Positions 1 through 10,076 are shown, numbered from the stretch's first letter. The stretch is 64,000 nucleotides of DNA from Gemmatimonadota bacterium (GCA_039588275.1 JBDHAC010000011.1:1-64000), one strand, 5' to 3'. Notes: generated from the sequence alone by a model not told the origin. Program-made: numbers and translations.

Positions 1-521
1 GTGGCTCCCTCGAAGACGAGGCCCGCTGCGTCCGCTCCCCAACGGTGCTTGATGATCGCGTTCTGTCCGCCGATCGGGTTCGCGCTCCCGTGCATCACGT
101 GCGAGACCGTGACCCCGCCGGCGGCCGCCCGATAGATGTTGACGTCGGTCGGATCGATCACGTCCATGATCGAGACCATCGCGGAGACCGCCACGCTCCC
201 TTCGTTGATCGCGTCGGCGGCGAGATGGGAGTGCGCATCGATGATCCCCGGGATCACGTACTTGCCGGTGCCATCGATCACCCGCGCGTCCCCCGGTGCC
301 GGGACTTCGGCGGCCGGTCCGACGGCCGTGATGCGGCCGTTCTCGAACAGGACAGCGCCATCCTGGATCGTGCCGTTCGTCGCGGTCATCACGGTCGCGT
401 TACGGATGAGCACCGGCTGGGCCTGTGCCGTGATGTGATCTGTTCCTGGGCCCACGATGAGCCCCATTGCGGCGAGCCACGGCACCGTACCCCGCCCGAT
501 TTGGATCGTTATGCGTCTCAT
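1..521 (-). CDS. Metal-dependent amidohydrolase, 5' part (runs off the window edge)
   Basis: Not in the ORF track. Manual translation from ATG 521: MRRITIQ...VLIRNATVMT...IDGTGKYVIPGIIDAHSHLAADAINEGS...GGVT...HGSANPIGGQ, with intact HxH motif. Start overlaps the upstream stop (ATGA, 518-521). Confidence 0.9.
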   Translation of the reverse strand, partial: MRRITIQIGRGTVPWLAAMGLIVGPGTDHITAQAQPVLIRNATVMTATNGTIQDGAVLFENGRITAVGPAAEVPAPGDARVIDGTGKYVIPGIIDAHSHLAADAINEGSVAVSAMVSIMDVIDPTDVNIYRAAAGGVTVSHVMHGSANPIGGQNAIIKHRWGADAAGLVFEGA

Positions 522-2218
522 TGTCCCTCTCCCGGGCGGGTACCAGTGAATTCGCTCGAGAAGCGGCCGCCGAACGATGCGGTGCCGCTGACCTCCGTCC
601 CCTCCACGGTCCCGGTGTAGACCACCTCGGCCGTGCGGCCGCCCATCGGTTGCATCGCCGTGAAGCTGAAGTCGCTACCGCTCACCCAACCGTCCATGAT
701 CGTGGCGTCGCCGCGGTCGGTGGTAATGTCGCCTGTTAGCGTGCCATCCTCGCTCATCTCGAGATCGAGCGTGATCTCCTGCGTCTGGCGCGGCGTCGAG
801 ATGGTGAGGACCCAACGACCCGTCATGTCCACCGCGGGCGGAGTCGTGGGTCGCTCGGCTTCGCGCTCCTCGAACTTCCGGCCGTCCACGAAGACCATGT
901 TCACCTCCGTCGACTCATCGAACAGGTCGCCATCTGTGACGATCAGGTTCGCGATCTTCCCGGCATCGACCGATCCCAGCCGGTCCGCGACGCCGAAGAT
1001 CTCGGCCGGGCCCAGGGTGAGCGCCCGTAGCGCCGCATCCGCCGGGAGCCCCTTTTCGATCGCGACATTCACGTTCTCGATCACCTCGCGCGGGCTCCCG
1101 AGATCCCCCGAGTAGAACCCGAACGTGGCGCCCGCCGCGTGCAGCCGGGCGGGCGTCGTGGGTGCGTAGGCTCGCCGCCGAAGAGACGTGAGCGCCTCAT
1201 CAGCCTCCGGATCGGCGCTTCTGCTCCGCTCGGGCCAATCGAGGTTCACCAGGACGGGCACACCGCCGGCTGCGAGCTCGTCCACGATCTCGTACGCCTC
1301 GTGCGCACCGGCCACGACCGCGCGAGCCCCGGTGTCTTCGCCCAGCTTCACCGCGCGGCGTATCTCCTTGACCTCATCGCCGAGGAACACGGTCGGCCAG
1401 CCCTCGGCGACCGACCGTTGCACGGGGGCGAGCGCGCGGTCGTATTTGGGCCGCGCTCGTCCGGCGGGATTCGCTTCGTACGCCGCCTCGTACCGCGACT
1501 GGTGCTCGGCATCGGCGAACAGCTGCTTCACGTACGCCATGGTGCCCATGAGCGAGCTCGGAAACGAGCGAAATCCGCCCGCTCGATTCATGGTCACATG
1601 GAGTGCTGCAGGAGTCTTGACCACCATCTCCTGCGCGTCACCGCCGAAGCTGATGACGGCGGCCTGACCAGTGACGATCCCCTCGCTCGGGACGGCAAGC
1701 GCCGTCGTGAACCCTCCGTTACGCCATGTCTCGAGCCGGTCGTCTTCCGGATCGAGCATGTCCGCCGCGCTCACCCACGGGGTGGTCGCGGGACGGTCCT
1801 CGGGGCCAGCGGAGATCGGCTGGTTACCGCCGCCGACTCCACCGGGAGCTCCACCCTGGCCACCCCCTGTTTGCGCCTCTTCGAGCCCGACCGAAGAGAG
1901 ACCGTCGAACAGTCCTGGATACACCGTCATTCCGGAGCCGTCGATCACCCAGGCCTCGGGCGGGATCGACACGTCCGTGCCCACGGCTTCGATGAGCCCG
2001 TGGGAGATCACGACCGTGCCACCCTCGATCACGGGGCCCGAGACGGTGACGATGCGGGCGTTCTGGATCGCGTAGAACGGGGGTGGTTGGGGCGTGTTGC
2101 TGGGTTGCTGCGCGTCGGCCGCGGCGGGCAGTACCGCTGCGAGGCTGGCAAGCACGAGCTTCGTGCCCCTCGCTCCACGGCCCCGGCACGACCCCTGGTG
2201 GACGTCGTGGAATCTCAT
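518..2218 (-). CDS. Secreted amidohydrolase-family protein, probably non-catalytic, with C-terminal beta-rich extension
   Basis: Signal-like N-terminus, YAIQNARIVTVSG, VIDGSGMTVYPGLFD, ALRALTLGPAEIFGVADRLGSVDAGKIANLIV. HxH is replaced by GLSS. Start taken at MRFHD (2218); the ORF is open to 2332. Confidence 0.85.
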   Translation of the reverse strand: MRFHDVHQGSCRGRGARGTKLVLASLAAVLPAAADAQQPSNTPQPPPFYAIQNARIVTVSGPVIEGGTVVISHGLIEAVGTDVSIPPEAWVIDGSGMTVYPGLFDGLSSVGLEEAQTGGGQGGAPGGVGGGNQPISAGPEDRPATTPWVSAADMLDPEDDRLETWRNGGFTTALAVPSEGIVTGQAAVISFGGDAQEMVVKTPAALHVTMNRAGGFRSFPSSLMGTMAYVKQLFADAEHQSRYEAAYEANPAGRARPKYDRALAPVQRSVAEGWPTVFLGDEVKEIRRAVKLGEDTGARAVVAGAHEAYEIVDELAAGGVPVLVNLDWPERSRSADPEADEALTSLRRRAYAPTTPARLHAAGATFGFYSGDLGSPREVIENVNVAIEKGLPADAALRALTLGPAEIFGVADRLGSVDAGKIANLIVTDGDLFDESTEVNMVFVDGRKFEEREAERPTTPPAVDMTGRWVLTISTPRQTQEITLDLEMSEDGTLTGDITTDRGDATIMDGWVSGSDFSFTAMQPMGGRTAEVVYTGTVEGTEVSGTASFGGRFSSEFTGTRPGEGQ

Positions 2219-2507
2219 CGGCGCCTGAACCTCTGTCTCAGGTGTGGAAGTGTGGGCCGGCGACCACTCCCACCGAGAGGATCGGTCGGCACGCGGCCCA
2301 CGCGTGGCAACGACGTTTAGGGTATTGAACACGTGGAGGGCAATCTCCGCTTAGCCGGGAACCGGCGTCAACCGGCTCGCGCAAGGAGTGGCAGGTCCCC
2401 GAAGCGAGCGCTCGGACGCCTTGCGTCTGCAGCGAGCGAGGTGCGCCTCCCACCCTCGCGCTCTTCCGGCGTCGCGCGCGAACCTCGGTGAGTCCGATGC
2501 GGGAGGC

Positions 2508-3011
2508 TCATCCCTTCCGGAGAACCACCTCTATGCCGGGCGTGTCTGGATCGGACCCGGGGGGCACCGACCGGCCTCGCAGCTCGATCGCGAACTCATC
2601 TCGCGACGCCGGCCACTCGGAATCTCGCACGAACGTCTCCGCCTGCTGGACGAAGCGGACGATCTGCCCTACGAGATTGAACGTCCAGGCACCTGCCATG
2701 TCGGCGTTGATGTCCACGCCTGCCGGGCCCGCACCGGGGATGAACAGGCGCCCGGCAACGCCCGAGTTCTCACCCAGGGTGAGGTTGAAGAAAGCTCCGC
2801 CCGCGCGCAGGTCGGTGGTGTCTGCGCCATCGACGAAGACGATGGTCGTGGCGAGGTAGTCTCCCACCAACTCGGAACGATCGATGCGGCCGGTGCTACG
2901 CTCCACCTGGATCACCGAATCGGCGCTGCACCCTCCCATTCCGGCGACCGCGATCGCCCCCAGAACGAGGCGCACGCTCGTTGCCCGCGACCCCGACTTC
3001 CCGTTTGTCAT
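2508..3011 (-). CDS. Hypothetical lipoprotein
   Basis: GGAGG RBS before ATG 3011; hydrophobic stretch ending in lipobox-like GMGGC; beta-rich mature part. Confidence 0.7.
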   Translation of the reverse strand: MTNGKSGSRATSVRLVLGAIAVAGMGGCSADSVIQVERSTGRIDRSELVGDYLATTIVFVDGADTTDLRAGGAFFNLTLGENSGVAGRLFIPGAGPAGVDINADMAGAWTFNLVGQIVRFVQQAETFVRDSEWPASRDEFAIELRGRSVPPGSDPDTPGIEVVLRKG

Positions 3012-3198
3012 AGTTCCTCCTCGGCGCCCCGCCACCTGATCCCCGCCTTCCCCGCATCACGCTGGGATTCGTCAGGTCGAGTGCTGCCAGGCGCCCGGAT
3101 GAGCAGTATTCTAGGGCGTACGCCTCGGCGATCCAGACCCCGGGGCTCTGCCCACGGAGATGCGCCATCTGACTCGAGCCTTCAGCGGGAGTCGGCCC

Positions 3199-4503
3199 AT
3201 GTACACGCGTCGCAACTTCCTCGGCACCATCGGTGGTCCCGCCATCGCGGCCGGCACGTTGGCCAGCGTTCCTATTCGGTGGAGCGACGCCCTCGCCGCC
3301 GCCCGGAAGCTGGCCGCGACGCCTGGCTCGCCGGACGAGATCGCACAGGAGGAGGACTTCTGGGTCGGCATCCAGCGAGCGTTCACCACCGACCGGTCGC
3401 TGGTGAACCTCAACAATGGCGGCGTGAGTCCGACTCCCGCCCACGTGCTCGAGGCGATGAAGCGCGATCTGGACTTCGCGAATCAGCTGCCGGTCTACTT
3501 CGGGTGGCGCATCCTGGAGCCGCAGCGGGAGGGCGTGCGCCAGCGACTCGCGCGGGAGTGGGGAGTGGACCCGGAGGAAGTCGCGATCACCCGCAACGCC
3601 TCCGAGAGCCTCCAGACCCTTCAGTTCGGCTACGACCTGGAACCTGGTGACGAGCTTCTGACCACGACCCAGGACTACGGGCGCATGCTGACCACCTTCC
3701 GACAACGGGAGCGGCGCGAGGGCGTGGTCCTGCGGGAGATCGTGATCCCCATACCGGCTGAGGACCCGGCGGAGGTGGTTCGCCGCTTCGAAGAGGGCAT
3801 CACCGAGCGCACCCGGCTCATCCTCATGTGCCACATGATCAACATCACCGGGCAGATCCTCCCCGTGCGCGAGGTGGTCGCCATGGCGCGGAAGTACGAC
3901 ATCCCCGTGATCATCGACGGGGCGCACGCGCTGGCCCACTTCGACTTCAAGATCTCGGACCTGGACTGCGACAACTATTCGACGAGCCTGCACAAATGGC
4001 TGTTCACGCCGATCGGGAACGGGCTCTTGTACGTGCGCCGCGAGAAGATTCCCGAGATCTGGCCGCTCATGGCGGCGCCGGCGGCCAGGGATGACGATAT
4101 CCGAAAGTTCGAGGAGATCGGGACCCACCCGGAGGCGAACTTCCTCGCCGTGGGCGAGGCGCTCACGTTCCACCAGCTCATCGGTGGGAAGCGGAAGGAG
4201 GCCCGCCTGATCCGCCTGCGAGATTACTGGGCGAAGCAACTGCTCGAACACGATCGAATCCGGCTCCACACCAGCCTCGAGCCCGGCTTCGCGTGCGGCA
4301 TCGCCACGGTCGAGATCGAGGGGATCGAGCCGGGCCCGCTCAACCAGTGGCTGTGGCAGCGGCACAAGATCTACACGACGCCGATCAACCACCCCGAGTT
4401 CAAGGGCCTACGAATCTCGCCGAGCGTCTACACCACGCTCGAGGAACTCGACCGTTTCGTGGATGCGATGGTGCACGCCACCCGGCACGGGATCCAGACC
4501 TGA
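3199..4503 (+). CDS. PLP-dependent aminotransferase class V (isopenicillin-N epimerase/cysteine desulfurase-like) with Tat signal
   Basis: TRRNFLG twin-arginine signal; LNNGGVSP, NASE, IDGAHA, SLHKW (PLP lysine), RISPSVY. Confidence 0.9.
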   Translation: MYTRRNFLGTIGGPAIAAGTLASVPIRWSDALAAARKLAATPGSPDEIAQEEDFWVGIQRAFTTDRSLVNLNNGGVSPTPAHVLEAMKRDLDFANQLPVYFGWRILEPQREGVRQRLAREWGVDPEEVAITRNASESLQTLQFGYDLEPGDELLTTTQDYGRMLTTFRQRERREGVVLREIVIPIPAEDPAEVVRRFEEGITERTRLILMCHMINITGQILPVREVVAMARKYDIPVIIDGAHALAHFDFKISDLDCDNYSTSLHKWLFTPIGNGLLYVRREKIPEIWPLMAAPAARDDDIRKFEEIGTHPEANFLAVGEALTFHQLIGGKRKEARLIRLRDYWAKQLLEHDRIRLHTSLEPGFACGIATVEIEGIEPGPLNQWLWQRHKIYTTPINHPEFKGLRISPSVYTTLEELDRFVDAMVHATRHGIQT

Positions 4504-4594
4504 GCGCGTTGGATCGATCTGTCGCGTGGGCCGCGCGGGTTATACGCGCGAGCCGCGAGGATCCCGAGCGCCGCGTTCTTGACGCGGCCCCGAG

Positions 4595-5533
4595 GTGATC
4601 GCGAGAGGATTGTCGCCGGGCCTCCGCTTCATGGTGGCGGCCGCCTTTTCGTTCAGCATCATGAGCGCCCTCGCGAAAGCCGTCGGGCGCACGATCCCGA
4701 GCCAGGAGATCGTGCTCCTGCGCGGAGTGTTCACCGTCGCGCTCAGCTTCGGGACGCTGCGCGTGATGGGGATTCCGGCGAGGGGCAGCCGGCCCCGGCT
4801 CCTCATCGTGCGGGGCCTGTTCGGATTCGCGGCGTTGAGCGCGTTCTTCTACGCGATCGTGCACCTCCCGCTCGCCGCCGCCACGGTGATCCACTTTACG
4901 AACCCCGTATTCACGGCGCTGATCGCTGCGATCGTGCTCGCAGAGCCGATCCGGCTGCGCGATTCGGCGAGCGTGGTCGCAAGCCTGACGGGCGTGGTGT
5001 TGATCGCGAGACCCGACTTCCTATTCGGAGGGACCGGGGCCGGTCTCGACCCGCTGGGGGTGGGCATGGCCCTCACGGGCGCGGTTCTGAGCGCGTGTGC
5101 GTACGTGACCGTGCGCCGGCTGAGCGCCACGGAGCACCCGCTCGTGATCGTACACTACTTCGCGGTCGTCACGACGCTCGGCGCGATCCCGACGGCCGCC
5201 CCCAACCTCGTGTGGCCCTCCTCGGGCGCTTGGCTCGGGCTGGCGGGCGTCGGGCTGGCGACGCATGTGGCGCAGTTCTGCATGACCCGCGGTCTGGCCC
5301 TGGAGCCCGCGGGGCGGGCGATGGCGGTCGGCTACCTGCAGATCGTGTTCGCGGCCGTGTGGGGATTACTGTTCTTCTCGGAGCGACCGGACGCGTTGAG
5401 CGCGGTCGGCGCCTTCCTGATCATCGGGAGCACCGCCGCGCTCGGACGCAGGCGCGCGGTCGCTCAGGCGGGGGCACCGGGGGGAGAGGGGCGCGCGCCG
5501 ATTGCCCGGTCGGAACAGAAAGAAGAGCCATGA
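4595..5533 (+). CDS. DMT/EamA family transporter
   Basis: About 10 hydrophobic segments in two repeats; LPLAAATVIHFTNPVF..IVLAE and YLQIVFAAVWGLLFFSE. Confidence 0.9.
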   Translation: MIARGLSPGLRFMVAAAFSFSIMSALAKAVGRTIPSQEIVLLRGVFTVALSFGTLRVMGIPARGSRPRLLIVRGLFGFAALSAFFYAIVHLPLAAATVIHFTNPVFTALIAAIVLAEPIRLRDSASVVASLTGVVLIARPDFLFGGTGAGLDPLGVGMALTGAVLSACAYVTVRRLSATEHPLVIVHYFAVVTTLGAIPTAAPNLVWPSSGAWLGLAGVGLATHVAQFCMTRGLALEPAGRAMAVGYLQIVFAAVWGLLFFSERPDALSAVGAFLIIGSTAALGRRRAVAQAGAPGGEGRAPIARSEQKEEP

Positions 5534-6339
5534 GGGAATCGGAGATCGAGCGCGCCAGGAGACTCCTGGCGGAGGCGGCCGAGGTTGTCGTGCTCACCGG
5601 GGCCGGGATCAGCGCGGACTCGGGCGTCCCGACGTTCCGGGGACCCGACGGCCTGTGGAAGCGGCACCGCCCCGAGGAGCTTGCCACGCCTGGGGCTTTT
5701 GCCCGCGACCCAAGGTTGGTGTGGGAATGGTACGGCTGGCGCAGGGAGGTGGTGGCCGCCTGTCGCCCCAATGCCGCGCACATGGCTCTCGCCCGGTGGG
5801 CCCTGCGTAGAGCCGGCGTCCACATCGTGACCCAGAACGTCGACGGCCTGCATGGCCTGGCTGCGGACGAGGCGGCCACGGATTCGGGAGCCGCGACTTC
5901 AGGATCCCCAGCGCTCCGCTCGTCTCGCGGCGCGGAGCCGATCGAACTTCACGGCTCGTTGTTTCGCGTGAGGTGCACGCGGTGCAGGGAGCGCTACGCG
6001 CACCGCGAGCCCATCGACGCGACCTCGGCGCAGACGCTCCCGGCTTGCCGCGCTTGTGGAGCTCTGCTGCGGCCCGACGTCGTGTGGTTTGGAGAGCCGC
6101 TGGACGAGTCCGTGCTGTCCAGAGCGTTCGAGCTCGCCGCAGGCGCTGGAGCGTGCCTGGTGGTGGGTACGAGCGCGGTCGTGCAGCCCGCCGCGAGTCT
6201 GGCCACCGTGACTGCGCAGTCGGGCGGAGGGGTCATCGAGGTCAATCCGGACGCGACGCCCCTGACCTCGGCGACCGCAGTGTCGATCCGGGCGAGCGCG
6301 GCCGAGGCCGTACCGCTACTCGTGGGCGAACCCGCGTAG
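5530..6339 (+). CDS. cobB: NAD-dependent protein deacylase (class III sirtuin)
   Basis: LTGAGISADSGVPTFRG, WYGWRR (YxxR), TQNVDGLH, ELHG, CxxC...CxxC, RPDVVWFGE, GTSAVVQPAA. ATGA overlap with the DMT stop. Confidence 0.92.
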   Translation: MRESEIERARRLLAEAAEVVVLTGAGISADSGVPTFRGPDGLWKRHRPEELATPGAFARDPRLVWEWYGWRREVVAACRPNAAHMALARWALRRAGVHIVTQNVDGLHGLAADEAATDSGAATSGSPALRSSRGAEPIELHGSLFRVRCTRCRERYAHREPIDATSAQTLPACRACGALLRPDVVWFGEPLDESVLSRAFELAAGAGACLVVGTSAVVQPAASLATVTAQSGGGVIEVNPDATPLTSATAVSIRASAAEAVPLLVGEPA

Positions 6340-6343
6340 CCGG

Positions 6344-7558
6344 TCATGGCACGGGAATCAGGCGCAGGACGCGGTCGTCCTCGGGGGCTGCCGCGCCGCG
6401 CCCGTCCCGGTTGCTCGTGGTGATGTAGAGGTAGCCGTCTGGTCCCATCGCGACCGCGCGGATCCGCCCCAGCTCCTCGTCCAGGAAGACCTCCTCGCGG
6501 GTGACCTGCCACGGAGGTCTCGTGCCCGGGGACCGGGCCAGGGCGAGCCGTTGCAGCTGCTGCCCTCGCAACATCCCGACGAATGCGCTTCCCTGCCACG
6601 GCTCGTGGAGCCCATTGTAGATGGCGACGCCGGATGGGGCGACGGCCGGACTCCAGACGGCCAGCGGGAGCACGAAGCGATCACCGCCGCGGGCACCCGC
6701 CACGGCTGGCCACCCGTAGTCCGCCCCACGCAGGATCACGTTCACTTCGTCATCGTTTCGCCGGAAGCGCTCGTCGGGGAAGCCGCTCGGTCCGTGCTCC
6801 GTCGCGAACAGATCGCCGGTCTGCGGGTGCCACGCGAGTCCTTGTGCGTTGCGTAGCCCGGACGCGTACACGGGTGAGTCCGGGAACGGGTTGTCCGCGG
6901 GGATCCCGCCCTCCGCGGTATACCGCAGGAGCTTGCCGACCAGCGACCCCTGTCGTCCGGCCTCGCTCGGCCGCCGTGCATCGCCGGTCGTGACGTACAG
7001 CATCCGGTCGGGCCCGAAGCCGACCGCGCAACCGGCATGGAACATGGCTGCCGGCAGATCCATCACGACGATGGTGGGCTCGGTCCCGCTTCCGTCACGA
7101 TCCGTGAAGCGCATGACGTCGTTGGCCGCGCCGCCGGGTACCCGCCTCCGTTGCGTAACGCAGGCGAAGACGTGACCCGTCCGGGCGAAATCGGGCGCGA
7201 CGGCGATTCCCATGAGCCCGGCTTCGCCGGTCGTGGCGACGCTCCCCTGCAGGTTGGTCCACGGTTCCGGGCGTAACACCCCATCCTCGATGACGCGGAT
7301 GCGTCCGGGACGCTCCGTGACGAAGATCCGGCCATCGGGCGCGAACGCGATCCCCCACGGAACCAGCAATCCTTCTGCCACGGTCTCGACCCGCACCGAC
7401 CCCGTGGCAGGAGGCGCTCGGTTCCCGACATCGGTCTCGCGGAAGCACCCGCTCGCGATCGACAGTGCGCCCACGGCGACGGCGACCCACCACCCCAGCG
7501 GGAAGGTCCCGTTTCGCCCCGGCGGCACCGGCTCTGAAGCCCGACGGCGGATACTCAC
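6344..7558 (-). CDS. PQQ-dependent sugar dehydrogenase (GSDH beta-propeller), lipoprotein
   Basis: PWGIAFAPDGRIFVTERPGRI, FGPDRMLYVTTGD, GLRNAQG, EHGP, GRIRAV..GPDGYLYITTSN; lipobox IASGC. Start is GTG 7558 (GTGA overlap) or ATG 7573. Confidence 0.88.
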   Translation of the reverse strand: MSIRRRASEPVPPGRNGTFPLGWWVAVAVGALSIASGCFRETDVGNRAPPATGSVRVETVAEGLLVPWGIAFAPDGRIFVTERPGRIRVIEDGVLRPEPWTNLQGSVATTGEAGLMGIAVAPDFARTGHVFACVTQRRRVPGGAANDVMRFTDRDGSGTEPTIVVMDLPAAMFHAGCAVGFGPDRMLYVTTGDARRPSEAGRQGSLVGKLLRYTAEGGIPADNPFPDSPVYASGLRNAQGLAWHPQTGDLFATEHGPSGFPDERFRRNDDEVNVILRGADYGWPAVAGARGGDRFVLPLAVWSPAVAPSGVAIYNGLHEPWQGSAFVGMLRGQQLQRLALARSPGTRPPWQVTREEVFLDEELGRIRAVAMGPDGYLYITTSNRDGRGAAAPEDDRVLRLIPVP

Positions 7559-8465
7559 TCTTCTCCGAGCCATTCTTCGATCAGTCGGCGCGCGATCGAG
7601 ACGCGACCGGGCAGCCTCAATTCCCCCGCCGCAACCAGCTCGCGTATGCGTGAGCGTTCGAACCACCGCGCATCCTCCAACTCGTTCGAATCGACTCGCA
7701 GCTCGCCCCTGACGCGGGTGGCCGTGAAGCCGAGCATGAGCGACGACGGAAAGGGCCACGGTTGCGAGGAGTGGAATGCCACGTGGCCGACCTCGATCCC
7801 GGTCTCCTCGTAGACCTCTCGCACGACCGCTTCGTTCAGGTCTTCACCCGGCTCGACGAAGCCCGCGATGGTGGAGTGCATGCCGGTCGGCCATTCGGGT
7901 TTGCGCGCCAAGAGACACCGGCTCCCATCCGCCACGAGGACGATGATCGCGGGATCCGTGCGCGGGTAGTGTTCGGCGCGGCAGCTCTCGTTCGTACAGC
8001 GGCGGAGATGTCCGCCCTCGGCCATCTCCGTTCGATGCCCACAGTTGCCGCAGAAGCGGTGCCGTTCGTGCCACTCGACCATCGCCCGGGCGTAGGCCAA
8101 CAGCGCGCCCGCCTCCTGTCCGAGCAGGGCGCCTATGCGGTGCAGGTTCTTGAACTCGCCCAGGTCCTCGAGGGGTGGGGGGCCGTTGCCCTCCGTCGGC
8201 AAGCCCACCGCGAACAGCGCTCCACTCCGTCCAAACCCAGGAAGATCGGACCCAGGGCGTCCGCGGCCCGGAGCGCGGGGTGGTCGATGGGAACGAGGAT
8301 CGGATGGAGTGGCTCTTCCCGACTCACGAGGCTGTGCGCCTGCCACACGGGCACGGCGCGCGTAGTCGGATCCTCGAGCCGTCCCTCCAGCCACGCGGCG
8401 TCTGCTCGCCGATCGGCTGCGCGATCCAGGGCGGCTCCGGCGAGACGGTTCAGGGGTTCATTCAC
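7555..8465 (-). pseudogene. nudC: NADH pyrophosphatase NudC split by a -1 frameshift near 8232-8238
   Basis: N-terminus (LDRAADRR..WL..PVW..PIFLGL) is in ORF 8133..8465. Zn finger (FCGNCG..C..C), YPRTDPAII, Nudix box GFVEPGE..REVYEETG and SQPWPFPSSLM are in ORF 7555..8394. Could be a real pseudogene, a sequencing error or recoding. Confidence 0.85.
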
Positions 8466-8593
8466 GGCGGCGGTTTCTGCACCTTCCGAGAGCGACTAGC
8501 TTGCCCCGCCCGAAACCCCCTTGCGTGGTTCGGGCGAGTGTCCAGAGACCACGGCGGTACCCGCTCGCGCGGGGCTCGCGGAGGAGGAAGCTA

Positions 8594-9214
8594 GTGGCCT
8601 CTCAACCAGAAGGCATGGAGAAACTCGAGCGAAGCTCGACGCGGGCACGGCTACGAAGCTACCCGGAGCGCTCCGTACCCGAGGAGATCCCGGACATCCT
8701 CGCGGCGGGGCAGGTAGCGCATCTCGGGTTCGTGATCGACGGACAGCCGTTCGTCATCCCGTTCTCCTACCACTTCGAGCCACCCGCGAGCGACGAGCCC
8801 GATCGGGTCGGCCGGCTTTTCCTGCACGGCTCGACCAAGGGGCGTGCAATACGGCACCTGGCGGGCGGAGCAAGCGTGAGCGTTGCCGTCACGCACCTGG
8901 ACCACCTCGTCTACTCTCGCACGGCCCTCGATCACTCGATGAACTACCGCAGCGTCGTATGCTTCGGGCGGGGTCGTCTGATCGAGGACGAATCCGAGAA
9001 GGCGAGGCTGCTCGAGCGCATGGTGCGGCGTTACTTCCCGGGACGCGAGGAAGCCGTCGATTACGCCCCCCCGCCCGAAGGGCACCTGAAGGCGACCGCG
9101 CTCGTCGAAGTGGTCATCGAGGAGGCGAGCGCGAAGGTGCGCCGGGGTGGACCCAATGGACCGCTGGACGACGATCCCGATGCGCTCGGGAGCGCCGGTC
9201 TGATCGAGCTCTGA
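8594..9214 (+). CDS. Pyridoxamine 5'-phosphate oxidase-like flavin-binding protein (NimA-like)
   Basis: VAHLGF..GQPFVIP, LFLHGS, HSMNYRSVVCFG, ASAKVRRGGP. GGAGG RBS before GTG 8594. Confidence 0.88.
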   Translation: MASQPEGMEKLERSSTRARLRSYPERSVPEEIPDILAAGQVAHLGFVIDGQPFVIPFSYHFEPPASDEPDRVGRLFLHGSTKGRAIRHLAGGASVSVAVTHLDHLVYSRTALDHSMNYRSVVCFGRGRLIEDESEKARLLERMVRRYFPGREEAVDYAPPPEGHLKATALVEVVIEEASAKVRRGGPNGPLDDDPDALGSAGLIEL

Positions 9215-9233
9215 GAGCAGCCCCGAGACCGAG

Positions 9234-9914
9234 ATGCGACCTGATCTCCTGACCTTCGACTGCTACGGTACGCTGATCGACTGGAACCGCGGCATCGCCG
9301 GCGCCGTGCGAGCGGCATGCCCCGAGGCGGCCGGTCTCTCGAACGAGGCGTTGCTCGGCTCGTTCTACGCGATTCAGGACGGCCTCAAGACGAGCGAATA
9401 CCGGCCGTATCGACAGCTGCTTACGGAAGTCACGCTCGAACTGGCACGGCGGAACGGGTGGACGATTAGCCAAGAGAGCGCGAGACAGGTACCGGCGAGC
9501 ATCCCGGATTGGACGCCCTTCGATGACACGAACGAGGCGCTGGCCCGACTGGCGAGCGCCGGGTTTCGCCTCGGTATCCTGTCGAACATCGATGACGATC
9601 TCCTGTCGGGCACGCTACGGCACTTCGACGTCGCCTTCGACCTGCTCGTGACCGCTCAGAGCCTCCGCAGCTACAAGCCGGCGAGGGCACATTTCGATCG
9701 GGCCCTGGAAGAAGTGGGAGGTGAGCGTGACCGCCTGCTGCACCTGGCTCAGAGCCTGTTCCACGATGTCCGGCCCGCCACACAGCTCGGGCTCGACGTG
9801 GTCTGGGTAAACCGGGCGAGCGAGCCGCACCCCGCGGACGTCGAGCCGCTTGTTGTCACCCCGGATCTGTCGAGCGCGGTGGATTGGGTGCTCGGGCGCT
9901 CCGGGGCCGCATAG
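9234..9914 (+). CDS. HAD-superfamily hydrolase (haloacid dehalogenase type II-like)
   Basis: TFDCYGTLIDW, LSNID, YKP, HLAQSLFHDV. Confidence 0.9.
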   Translation: MRPDLLTFDCYGTLIDWNRGIAGAVRAACPEAAGLSNEALLGSFYAIQDGLKTSEYRPYRQLLTEVTLELARRNGWTISQESARQVPASIPDWTPFDDTNEALARLASAGFRLGILSNIDDDLLSGTLRHFDVAFDLLVTAQSLRSYKPARAHFDRALEEVGGERDRLLHLAQSLFHDVRPATQLGLDVVWVNRASEPHPADVEPLVVTPDLSSAVDWVLGRSGAA

Positions 9915-10076
9915 CTACGGACGGACAGGATCTCCCGAACCGGGAACCGGCCGCCGGCCCAGCCAGTTCCACAGCAGCACGCCCACCCCGACGAGCGCCG
10001 AAACGATCAGCGCTGGACGCGCGGGTACGCTTCCGGCAACGGCGATTCCCGCCGGGAATCCGGCGAAGACGATCAT
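9915..10076 (-). CDS. Possible small two-helix membrane protein (53 aa) or 3' remnant of a membrane-protein gene
   Basis: Manual translation MIVFAGFPAGIAVAGSVPARPALIVSALVGVGVLLWNWLGRR...; fills the gap between convergent genes; no clear RBS. Confidence 0.35.
   Translation of the reverse strand: MIVFAGFPAGIAVAGSVPARPALIVSALVGVGVLLWNWLGRRPVPGSGDPVRP

Noticed and set aside
5530..6339. Sirtuin as an anti-phage SIR2 effector
   Set aside because: Canonical CobB motifs with a Zn ribbon, and no defence-gene context.
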